Positions 18,412-27,996 of a DNA stretch of 64,000 bases are shown in pieces; the stretch's first letter is position 1; every line of letters starts with the position of its first letter. A model generated the notes under the pieces. That model was not told the DNA's origin. It searched no databases and saw only the letters and a list, made by a program, of their open reading frames with translations. Source of the DNA: Spizellomyces punctatus DAOM BR117 (Eukaryota); assembly GCA_000182565.2 (NCBI GenBank), contig KQ257471.1. One strand, given 5' to 3'. A program made the position numbers and the translations under genes.

Positions 18412-21056
18412 CTGACTATCAACAAACCATGACTGTAGAAATCACCAAACATAAGCAACCAGAATCTGAAGGAACCTTCGTTACTATGGACAAGAAACTG
18501 AAACTCGACCAAAAGCCAAAGATGTTATTCCGTAAAGACTATTTTGGAATTGATAATATTATCAAGTGGGATGTTGAAGAGTATGTCAATAATCACAAGA
18601 AGTATCCCTACTTGACAGAGTTCATTGGTGCTCTACCGGATGACCATGAGATAAATGCCTTTGTGGATTTCGACCTTTCTTATGCCACAGAAGAAGATTT
18701 ACCCTCGGATGAGGAAGAAGATGCTATTCAAATTTTTGTTCTGCAAACTTTTGAATCCTTATTTTTAAATGATCTTTTTTCTTACCGATGTGCATTTTGC
18801 AGGAAAGGCTTTGCGTCTAAGAAAGAGAAGAGTGAAGAGACAGGAGAATATGTAGAGAAGGGCAAGTGGAAAGTATCGTTCCGCATCTTTGCTGACCTGC
18901 GCACCACTCATAAAGAGATGCGAAACCGCTTGCTTCACTACTTTCCCGACATGAGCAAAGCGCCTGCTTGTATTCGTGATAAGACTTTTGAGCATGATTC
19001 GTTTTTTGACCCTTCCGTCTATGAAAAAAATCGCAAGATTTGCTGCGTGGGGAAGAGAAAGAGCCAATATGACTCGCGGGTTCTAGAACATCTTGATACC
19101 GCCGACCCATTAGAAGCCTTCTTGATTCAACACATCGACAAGTATGCAGAATGTGCGGAGTGGGCTATTCAAATGGCAGATCAAAAAGAAGCCCCAAAAA
19201 AGCAAAAGACCTCTACAAAGTCCACGAAGAAATCCAATGATTCTTTTGAGCAAATGGCAAAGGAAGTTATTCTGGAATCATTTCCTAATGTGTACCTGCT
19301 TCGAGATCTCGGGAAAGCCGATCAATTAGATCATGGAATCAATGTCTTTGTCAAGACAAAACACTGCTTTCTCATCGACGCCAATCATGATGTATCTGTG
19401 GCTACTATGTACTTCTCCATCACGAAGTCAGGAATCAAGTTTACATGTAAGCAATGCGATGAGGAGACCGATGCAAAGCCTCACAAGCATACTGGCATCA
19501 AAAAATTGTTCACTCGGATTAACAGTCCTATCCAATCAGATGATGCTCTTTTACATGCATTAACTTCTCCTAGCCATCTCGGTATTGCCCGGGCACTAGC
19601 GGCGAAAAGCGAGGGTGACATTCTCTTCGATGGTAGCAACTTTTGGATGTTTCGGAAGCAGTGGGTTATCATAGCCGATCAAGTTGTCCGGCTATTTATG
19701 AAGAACACGTTGAACCCCCAGTGTGAGCAGTACGTAACAGAACTTTATGATCGTCTATCTGAAGAAGAGGATAAAGACAAGAAAGCCGACATCTTGGAAC
19801 AAATAAGGAAAGTCGAACGCGGGCACAAACTTTTAACTACTAACACCGACATAAAATCCATCATCTCTTGCCTCAAAACGGAGGTGTACAACGAGGGCTT
19901 CCTGAAATGCCGAGATAACAACCCTAATATTATTGGATGCAATAACGGGTACTTTGATCTGCGGGATTATACTTTCAAGCAGTACACAAAGGACATCTTC
20001 ATCACGCATACTGTTGGCTATGACTACTTTGAACGGGATGAAGATTTTGACCCAGACACATATCAGCAAGTATTAGGTGTCGTGGCACAATACTTCCCAG
20101 AGGATGACGAACGAGAGATCGCTCAAATATTCTCAGGATACTGTCTACGTGGTGATCATAAGGAGAAGATCTTTTGCGTTTTCACCGACAAGAGCGACGG
20201 CTTCAATGGTAAGACAAAGTTTGCTCAGATGATCACCATTGCTATGGGAACTTATGCGACCGAAGGTAACAACGATCATCTATATGTAAGTACCAGGTTC
20301 TCGAACCAAAATGGTCATAATGCAGCAATGTTTGCCCACGAAGGAGACCGACTGGCAATCTATGATGAGATGGATGAAAAGAAGACTATAGACACGAAAG
20401 AGATGAAAAGACGCAATGGAGGCGCTACTAGAGGCAAAGGTTGTAGACCATCTTCAAAGGAGTTTGAGTTTGTCGATTTCATGACAAAAATGATCATGAT
20501 TTTTAACAATGGAAACCAACCGAAATACGATACCAGTGATAATCCTTTCCTGGAGCGGATGCTTGTATTGCCTTTTCGAGCCAAGTTCCTTAGTCCCGCT
20601 GAGTACGAAAAATCGGAATATCAATACAAATTCTTAGCAAATCCTCACATCGACGAACGTTTCTCTGTGTGGCGTCCTTACATACTCAAGTGGATGATTG
20701 AAGGGCACAAGAAGTACATGGAAAAAGGATTTAATGACATCCCGGCTGAATGCCGTAAGTGGAAGGAAGATGTCACCAAAGACGTTGATAACATAGAAGA
20801 ATGGATCAATGAACACATTGAAAAGGTTGATGATCTCGACTGCTTTGTTACTACAGCAGAGATCCGAGGAAAAATGGATCGAGAAATCCAGGAATACTTC
20901 AAAGGTAAAAAAGGTCATCTTGTGGAGCGATTGAAAGTCTACCTTGACAATTATGTCAAGGAATCTCGACTGAAAATTGACGAGTGGAATGTGGATGGGA
21001 CACAAAAGGACAAGAAATTTACAGACTTTTTCCGTGGATACATGATCAACTGTTAG
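18381..21056 (+). CDS. AEP primase-polymerase fused to D5-like superfamily 3 helicase
   Basis: AFVDFD (motif I), KVSFRIF (motif II variant), FDPSVYEKNR (motif III), C/H cluster, D5_N IGCNNGYFDL, Walker A GFNGKT, LAIYDE; first ATG ~18429. Confidence 0.92.
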   Translation: MHLGTAIKISTDYQQTMTVEITKHKQPESEGTFVTMDKKLKLDQKPKMLFRKDYFGIDNIIKWDVEEYVNNHKKYPYLTEFIGALPDDHEINAFVDFDLSYATEEDLPSDEEEDAIQIFVLQTFESLFLNDLFSYRCAFCRKGFASKKEKSEETGEYVEKGKWKVSFRIFADLRTTHKEMRNRLLHYFPDMSKAPACIRDKTFEHDSFFDPSVYEKNRKICCVGKRKSQYDSRVLEHLDTADPLEAFLIQHIDKYAECAEWAIQMADQKEAPKKQKTSTKSTKKSNDSFEQMAKEVILESFPNVYLLRDLGKADQLDHGINVFVKTKHCFLIDANHDVSVATMYFSITKSGIKFTCKQCDEETDAKPHKHTGIKKLFTRINSPIQSDDALLHALTSPSHLGIARALAAKSEGDILFDGSNFWMFRKQWVIIADQVVRLFMKNTLNPQCEQYVTELYDRLSEEEDKDKKADILEQIRKVERGHKLLTTNTDIKSIISCLKTEVYNEGFLKCRDNNPNIIGCNNGYFDLRDYTFKQYTKDIFITHTVGYDYFERDEDFDPDTYQQVLGVVAQYFPEDDEREIAQIFSGYCLRGDHKEKIFCVFTDKSDGFNGKTKFAQMITIAMGTYATEGNNDHLYVSTRFSNQNGHNAAMFAHEGDRLAIYDEMDEKKTIDTKEMKRRNGGATRGKGCRPSSKEFEFVDFMTKMIMIFNNGNQPKYDTSDNPFLERMLVLPFRAKFLSPAEYEKSEYQYKFLANPHIDERFSVWRPYILKWMIEGHKKYMEKGFNDIPAECRKWKEDVTKDVDNIEEWINEHIEKVDDLDCFVTTAEIRGKMDREIQEYFKGKKGHLVERLKVYLDNYVKESRLKIDEWNVDGTQKDKKFTDFFRGYMINC

Positions 21057-21114
21057 TGATGAATGTTGGGATAATGCGACACTTTTCGACGATGAGGAGT
21101 AACAACATATTTAG

Positions 21115-21450
21115 TGGGGGGTAACAGGGGGTAGAATTGAAAAAGCATTGAAAAGGCAGTTTGGGCTCTGGATGAAGCATGTAGGGAAAAGAGAGAAGAG
21201 CTCAACCCCCTGTCACTTTTGACTCCATACATGTAGAGACGTACCCCTGTAACCCCCTGTTTTTCATATACGGAACAAAAAAATATATAGAGAGAACCTT
21301 CTCTCTTTTAGAAAACAAAACTAAATATGTAAAAAGATAGGGGTTATAGGGGGTAGCCCTTGATGCTATGTAGAGTGGAAGGACAGGGGTTGGACAGGGG
21401 GTATGGAGGGAAAACCGGCTCTACATACCCCCTGTAAAAGAGGGGGTAAG
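21115..21450. promoter_or_regulatory. Candidate replication origin: CCCCTGT/ACAGGGG iterons around an AT-rich core
   Basis: Multiple copies in both orientations; inverted pair ~21242-21260 / ~21338-21355 flanks an A/T-rich tract. Confidence 0.5.
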
Positions 21451-21552
21451 GACTAAAGAAAAAAGAAGCAAAAGCGGGGACTTAGTCATCCTGCATGCTG
21501 GCTACATAAGGAAACTAATGTCGAGTTAGAACCAGTGTTGAGTTTGAAGTAG

Positions 21553-21600
21553 GTCGAGTTTGGACACGTGAAATATTAGACGCGTAAAATTTTACGTGTA
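21553..21600. repeat. 48-bp direct repeat copy 1 (loxP-like architecture)
   Basis: Matches 22597-22644 with 2 differences; 14-bp arms around an 8-bp spacer. Confidence 0.85.
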
Positions 21601-21647
21601 AGTGCGCTATGTCTGGTGTGAGGTGGCTCGGCTCTCCAAAGGTACTC

Positions 21648-21797
21648 TAGATAACCACGTGCTACCTGTGTTGATTATTGGGTGGTGTAGGTTGAGGGTG
21701 AATGACCCCGAAGTCAACTTGTATGTTATACATGGAAACTGAGATTGGGGTCATTTACCCTCGCTACCCAGATAGCAAGGGAAACCTGGTTCACTGC
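21648..21797. repeat. Second, inverted copy of the 9145-9286 stem-loop element
   Basis: Stem 21694-21711/21745-21762. Confidence 0.8.
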
Positions 21798-22034
21798 GAC
21801 TTATTTGCATGAGTTACAATGCTTAGGTAAGCAAAAGATGGCATCCCACTTTGTCGATGAGAGATCGAACATGTTATATCGATAGGATGAGAGGCCATCT
21901 ATTGGACCATCTTATCGATAAGATGGGAGAGTTCCTTTTCCGCTTATAAAAGAGGGTCGCCGGTCTCCCCAGCTCGAAGCCTTCTTTTCAAAAACGATTC
22001 CATATACAACATTCGAATACAGCTGCAATTAACA

Positions 22035-22433
22035 ATGGAGAAAATGATGAGGCGAGCAAGTGAAGAAGAGCTAAATGAGATGAAGAGGTTCTACCAACTC
22101 ACAGTTGACAATGAGATGCACCAAGCAGTCGTAACAACGAATCGCCGTAGAAAGGAGGCAATTGAAAGGAAAATGGTTAAGAAGGATGTGAGGACAATCA
22201 TAGGCGAAGATGGTTCAAATATGTATGTGGCATCACTAGTAGAGGAGAAGCTAAATGCTTTGGTGGATGACGTCAAGCAGGGGCTAATGGAGGCAGGATA
22301 TACAGAAGACCAAGTGATGGAGATTATCACAATCTACCACAAACAACAAAAAGTGTTGAGACTGAAGGTCTCCCGAGTACCATCAGTAAAGGAAGGTGGA
22401 GAGATGGAGTCCCAAGCTAAAGTGATTTCATAA
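22035..22433 (+). CDS. Hypothetical helical protein near the right end (132 aa)
   Basis: ATG in AACAATG context, TATAAAA at ~21945. Confidence 0.6.
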   Translation: MEKMMRRASEEELNEMKRFYQLTVDNEMHQAVVTTNRRRKEAIERKMVKKDVRTIIGEDGSNMYVASLVEEKLNALVDDVKQGLMEAGYTEDQVMEIITIYHKQQKVLRLKVSRVPSVKEGGEMESQAKVIS

Positions 22434-22596
22434 AGTGTGGCATTTGAACCTAGTGGCAAGATAAAGTGATTTCATAAAGTGTGGCGTTTGAACCTAGTAG
22501 CAAGAATTTGCTCGAGTAAAATCACCAAATGAACTGCCCAAGGGAAACGAACCGCCCAAGGGGAAACGAACCATGGAGTCTTGAGAAGAAGCAAAT

Positions 22597-22644
22597 GTCA
22601 AGTTTGGACACGTGAAATATTAGATGCGTAAAATTTTACGTGTA
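22597..22644. repeat. 48-bp direct repeat copy 2
   Basis: Matches 21553-21600. Confidence 0.85.
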
Positions 22645-22862
22645 TGTCAGAGAAAATTTTCGGCATAGATGCACACATCCCTTCATCAATAGTCCTGGAC
22701 TTGGACAAACACCTTGGAAGACTCGAAACACTTTGAAACACTTTGAAACACTTTGAAACACTCCAATGCATTGGGCAAACACTTCAATACAGCTTATTAT
22801 ATAGAATATTATAAGCCGGGTATATCATATTATACACCGGGTATATCATATTATAAGCCGGC

Positions 22863-22912
22863 TGATACAGTGCATCAGATAAGCCATTCGGCTTATCTGA
22901 TGCACTGTATCA
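22863..22912. repeat. Perfect terminal hairpin: 23-bp stem, ATTC loop
   Basis: TGATACAGTGCATCAGATAAGCC-ATTC-GGCTTATCTGATGCACTGTATCA. Confidence 0.97.
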
Positions 22913-23102
22913 CCTGCGTGCTCAGCTTCTTCACCAAAGAACCAAAGCGAGGTGCCAGGCACCTTGGGAATGACCCCTAAACAGTTACATGGAGTTCCCA
23001 CCACCTCTACATTGCTGCTGCAGCCGAAGTGGACAAGGATTGAATCCTGCAAAAAGTCCGAGAAGATGGTACCCCTCGTTTGATTCTCCTTGCCTGGATA
23101 AG
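22913..23102 (+). pseudogene. Decayed internal fragment of LTR family C
   Basis: Reverse-complement homologue of ~43900-44095 (LSFFxKEPKRGAxHLGNDP...LILLAWI), with many CpG>TpG/CpA changes. Confidence 0.88.
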
Positions 23103-23593
23103 TGTGACAGAATTCTTCTGTCAGTGCTAGGGTTATACTGGTTAGATGTGGTTCCAAACTAGTAGTCACATGACTTTGCTGATGGTGTCAGCATTCATTT
23201 GACCAGAATTAGATAAATAAGCAGATTTAGCCATTTCTGGCTAAATTAGATGAGTATTCTGACACACTGGCATCTGCCCCTTTCAATCATGTGGCACAGT
23301 GTATTTAGGATGACTTGTCTCACTTCTGATTGGCTATAAGTGGTGCAATAGGCTGACAAATAGTTTAGGATGACATGTATGAGTTCTGATTGGTTGCAAA
23401 TGGTGCAATAGGCTGACAAAGAGTTTAGGATGATGTGGGTGAGATCTGATTGGGTAGTTAGGATATAGCATTTGTCAGCCCCTTTGTCTATAAAAAGAGG
23501 ACCTCTCTGAGGCCCCTCAAAAGGAAAATAACAAGTAGTAACCAAGTCTTCCCTAGTTTTCTGTTGTCTTCTTGTCCCTGCTAGCCTGTTACA
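23103..23593 (+). repeat. 5' LTR of element A
   Basis: TGTGACAG...TGTTACA; near-identical to 27384-27996 apart from 60-bp unit number. Confidence 0.95.
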
Positions 23594-23659
23594 TGGCAGC
23601 ACCACCTTAGACAACAACCCCAGACTCTTAGACCTTCTGTGAGAGATCAGAAGGTAAGA

Positions 23660-23830
23660 TCCCCAGAGAACCCCAGAAACCCAGAGAATCCCAGAACCCC
23701 AGAGAACCCCAGAACTCCAGAGAACCCCAGAACTCCAGAGAACCCAAGAACCCCAGAGAACCCCAGAACCCCAGAGAACCCAAGAACCCCAGAAAACCCA
23801 GGAACCCCAGAGAACCCCAGAACCCCAGAC
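23660..23830. repeat. 18-bp tandem repeat (CCAGAGAACCCCAGAACY, ~9 units)
   Basis: Translates as (PENPRT)n. Confidence 0.95.
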
Positions 23831-23873
23831 CACCCAGGCTGCCTACCAAGAAAGCAAGATCCATGTAGTAGAG

Positions 23874-26800
23874 GTGGCTCCATACTCTTTAAGTACCCCC
23901 AAAGGGCCAAGGATTCCCCAGAGTCACTTGCTGACTGTGCAAGGTAGAATCCAAGGAATCCCAGTAACCATTCTCCTGGATAATGGGGCAAACCAACTCT
24001 ATGTGTCACAGTCCTTTGTCAAGAAGGCACAACTGGTGACTCATTCTCTCTCTGGAGCAGAAATCTCTATGGCTGATGACAGAAAGCACCAAGAAATAGG
24101 CTTTGTCAAAGGTCTTCAGTACTCAGTAGGAACCTACACAGAACAGTCAGACTTTATAGTAGCCCCAATCAAGTTTGACTTGATCCTGGGTATACCTTGG
24201 TTTGCCTGGAGGAATCCCAGTATCAACTACAACAAGAACACTGTGACCTTCACCACCTCCCAGCACCCCAGAGTCAGATGGTTTGTTAAGCAGGCCAGCT
24301 CTTCCAACAAATCCCAGAAGTCCAATCTTATCACCATGGTATCAGCAAAGATGTTGGCCAGAACACTGAAGAAGAGGACAGCAACAGCTTTTGCTGTGTA
24401 TCTCAAGAACCCTCAAGATACCAGCACCCCTCCAGACACCATGGATTCCAAAGTCACCAAGCTTCTTGAAAACTATCAAGATGTCTTTGCTGAAGAGCTT
24501 CCCCCAGGACTTCCCCCTGAGAGATCAGTAGATCACAGAATTGAACTCAGTGACCCCAACCAGACCCCCTGGAGACCAACCTACCACCTCTCTTCTTTGG
24601 AGTTAGAAGAACTGAGGAAGCAGCTTTCAGAGCTTCTGGAGGCAGGCCACATCAGACCATCCAAGAGCCCATTTGGAGCACCTATCCTCTTTGTTAAGAA
24701 GAAAGAAGGTTCTTTGAGGATGTGTGTGGACTACAGGGCTCTGAATAAAATCACCATCAAGAACAGATATCCCCTCCCTAGGATTGATGAGCTGATGGAT
24801 AGGCTGAATGGAGCCCAGGTGTTTACAAAGCTAGATCTGAAGTCAGGCTATTACCAGATCAGAGTCCACCCAGAAGACATCCCCAAGACAGCCTTCAGAA
24901 CCAGATATGGTCACTTTGAGTTCCTGGTCATGTCCTTTGGAATGACCAATGCCCCAGCCACTTTCATGACTTTGATGAATGATGTCCTTAGATCCTTCTT
25001 GGACATCTTTGTTATTGTCTACCTAGATGACATCCTCATCTACTCCAAGACCCCAGAAGATCACCTGCACCACCTCAAGCAGGTTCTGCAAGCCCTCAGG
25101 CAGAACAAGCTGTATGCCAACCCCAGCAAGTGCCAGTTCTTCAAGCAAGAAGTAGAGTTTCTTGGCCAAGGTACTCTCACATGAAGGAGTCAAGCTTGAC
25201 CCCAAGAAAGTGCAGACTGTTCAAGAATGGCCCACCCCTCAGAGTGTCACTGAAGTCAGACAGTTCATGGGCCTGGTGAACTACTTCCATAGCTTTCTGA
25301 AGGACCTGGCAGAGCAAGCTGCACCATTGACAGACCTGTTGAGAAATGACAAGCCCTGGACCTGGTCTGAACCTCAGGAGAAAGCTTTTCAGGAGCTGAA
25401 GGATATGGTCACCAAAGCCCCTGTACTCAGACCCTTTGACCCAGCCTTGCCTACCACTGTCTTCCCTGATGCCTCAGGCTATGCAGTCGGTGCATGGCTT
25501 GGACAGGATGATGGGAAAGGCCATGAGACCAGTTGCCTACCACTCCAGGAAGATGGCCCCAGCAGAGACCAGATATGACACCAGAGAACAAGAGCTGTTA
25601 GCCATCCATGATGCCCTCAGAGTTTGGAGGCCCTACCTGGAAGGAACCCCCTTCAAAGTTATCTCAGACCACCAGTCCCTCAAGTGGCTACAGAACCAGC
25701 CCTTCTTGACCAGAAGACAAGCCAGATGGGTCATGAATTTCCAATCTTTTGACTTTGAGATTGGCTATGGCCCAGGAAGACTCCACACAGTGGCAGACAT
25801 CCTGTCTAGAAGACCAGACCTGGCCCCAAGATGCATCAAGTGCAAGGCCTTGGTGACAGCAGAGTTGAATGCTGTGACCCACACCACCAGCACCCTTCAA
25901 GAGAGATTGAAGACCAGTACCACAGAAGACCCAGAACTTCAAGAGCTCCTCCAAGCTTTGGATGACCCCAGGAGACCAGAAGACCAGCAACAAAGGCTCA
26001 AGTACCTCAGCCATCAAGATGGGTTACTCTATTTCCAGGACAGGATCTTTGTTCCTAGTGACCCAGACCTAAGGTTGAGCCTACTCCAAGAAACTCATGA
26101 CACTCAGTATGCTGGACACTTTGGCATCACCAAGACCCATGATGCCCTAGCAAGGCATTACTACTGGCCAAGGATGTACAAGGACATTAAGAAGTATGTC
26201 AAGTCTTGTGATTCCTGCCAGAGAAGCAAACCTAGTCAGCAACCACCAGCAGGCTTGCTGCAGCCCCTCCCAGTACCCAAGACCAGATGGAGCCAGATCT
26301 CCATTGACCTGATCCCTGACCTACCTATGACTTCCTCTGATCACAATGCCATCTTTGTCATTGTTGACAGATTGTCAAAGAGAGGCCACTTCATCCCTAC
26401 CACCAGCAGAGCCTCAGCCAAGAACCTGGCCCTGCTCTTCTTGAAGCACATCTTCAAGCACCATGGCCTCCCAGAAGTGATTGTATCAGACAGAGACACC
26501 AAGTTCACCAGTTCATTCTGGTCCAACTTGATGCAACTCTTAGGCTGCAACACCCTCCTAGCCACTGCAAGGCACCAGCAGACCAATGGACAGGCAGAGA
26601 GAACCATCAAGACTTTGAAGATCTACCTCAGAGCTTTCCTGGAGTACAACATGAAGAATTGGGAAGATCTTCTCCCCTTTGCTGAGTTTGCCTACAACAA
26701 CAGTGTCTCAGAAACCACAGGCTTTACCCCATTCTACTTGGAGAATGGCCAGCATCCCAGGACCCCAGCAACACCACCAGGAGAAAGCCATGATCCTGAA

Positions 26801-27367
26801 GCAACAGACTTCCACCAGTATATTCAGCAACTGCTTCAAGTAGCCAAGGCCAACATGGTCCTGGCCCAAGAAAGACAAGTTCAGCAAGCCAACAAGTCTC
26901 TCAGCAAGGCCCCAAGCTACCCCCTAGGCTCCAAAGTTTGGCTATCTAGAGAAGGTATCACCCCAGAAGACGAAGCCCAGAGGCCAGCCCAGAAACTTCT
27001 TCACCCCTGGCTTGGACCTTACAGAATCAAGGCCAAGGATGAATTTCAGAATTACACCCTGGAGCTCCCCAGCACCATGAAGATTCATCCAGTGTTCCAT
27101 GTGAGACTCCTCAAGCCTTACCTGGACCCCACAGAGGACTTCCCTACCAGACCGGTACCCCCTGAGCCTGAGCCAATTATCCAGCAAGGAGAAGAGTTTT
27201 GGGAAGTTGAGAAGATTCTGGACCACAAGATCAGAAGGAAGAAGAATCTCTACCTCCTCAAGTGGAAAGGCTATCCCTCCTCTCAGAACACCTGGGAACC
27301 AGAAGAAAACCTCCTACCCCATAGCAGAGAAATCTTGAAGGAGTTCCTAGCCCAGAAGGGAGCTTAA
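23874..27367 (+). CDS. pol: pol of element A (PR, RT, RNase H, integrase, chromodomain), two +1 frameshifts near 25170 and 25521
   Basis: [32 protein letters not shown]...[23 protein letters not shown]...TWEP. Confidence 0.93.
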
Positions 27368-27383
27368 TCTTAAAGTGGGGGAG

Positions 27384-27996
27384 TGTGACAGAATTCTTCT
27401 GTCAGTGCTAGGGTTATACTGGTTAGATGTGGTTCCAAACTAGTAGTCACATGACTTTGCTGATGGTGTCAGCATTCATTTGACCAGAATTAGATAAATA
27501 AGCAGATTTAGCCATTTCTGGCTAAATTAGATGAGTATTCTGACACACTGGCATCTGCCCCTTTCAATCATGTGGCACAGTGTATTTAGGATGACTTGTC
27601 TCACTTCTGATTGGCTATAAGTGGTGCAATAGGCTGACAAATAGTTTAGGATGACATGTATGAGTTCTGATTGGTTGCAAATGGTGCAATAGGCTGACAA
27701 ATAGTTTAGGATGACATGTATGAGTTCTGATTGGTTGCAAATGGTGCAATAGGCTGACAAATAGTTTAGGATGACATGTATGAGTTCTGATTGGTTGCAA
27801 ATGGTGCAATAGGCTGACAAAGAGTTTAGGATGATGTGGGTGAGATCTGATTGGGTAGTTAGGATATAGCATTTGTCAGCCCCTTTGTCTATAAAAAGAG
27901 GACCTCTCTGAGGCCCCTCAAAGGAGAAAAATAACAAGTAGTAACCAAGTCTTCCCTAGTTTTCTGTTGTCTTCTTGTCCCTGCTAGCCTGTTACA
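27384..27996 (+). repeat. 3' LTR of element A
   Basis: Two additional 60-bp units relative to the 5' LTR. Confidence 0.95.

Larger units (their letters stand above)
1..22912. mobile_element. Endogenous Polinton-like virus (PLV), left end outside the window
   Basis: Intronless cluster with MCP, penton, A32 ATPase, fibre, primase-helicase, integrase and tyrosine recombinase. 1-369 is the inverted copy of 20802-21171. The right end is a palindrome ending in CA at 22912, abutting an LTR-element relic. Confidence 0.9.
20802..22912. repeat. Right inverted repeat (20802-21171 demonstrated; extension to 22912 inferred)
   Basis: Match to 1-369 runs to the window edge; the remainder cannot be compared here. 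Confidence 0.6.
23103..27996 (+). mobile_element. Ty3/gypsy chromovirus A, gag missing
   Basis: LTRs 23103-23593 and 27384-27996 (TG...CA), PBS-like TGGCAGCACC, PPT AAAGTGGGGGAG, pol PR-RT-RH-IN-chromo. Confidence 0.95.

Noticed and set aside
1-22912. Calling the element a classical Polinton/Maverick or a prophage contaminant
   Set aside because: No protein-primed PolB or protease; A32 ATPase, chromodomain integrase, CpG-type decay and a clean junction with a host retroelement indicate a eukaryotic integrated virus
23246-24009. ORFs with (GVLWGS)n, (PENPRT)n and (GVLGFS)n repeats
   Set aside because: Translations of the 18-bp tandem array and LTR, not genes
25160-25530. Two frameshifts in element A pol as programmed frameshifting
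   Set aside because: Single extra bases inside RT/RNase H with no slippery site; mutation or sequencing error is more likely
27584-27870. Regular repeats as a possible CRISPR array (also 16372-16620, 22807-22861)
   Set aside because: Head-to-tail units without unique spacers; no cas genes; eukaryotic context
27527-27937. Repetitive ORFs (CTICNQSELIHVILNYLSAY)n
   Set aside because: Antisense translation of the 60-bp LTR units
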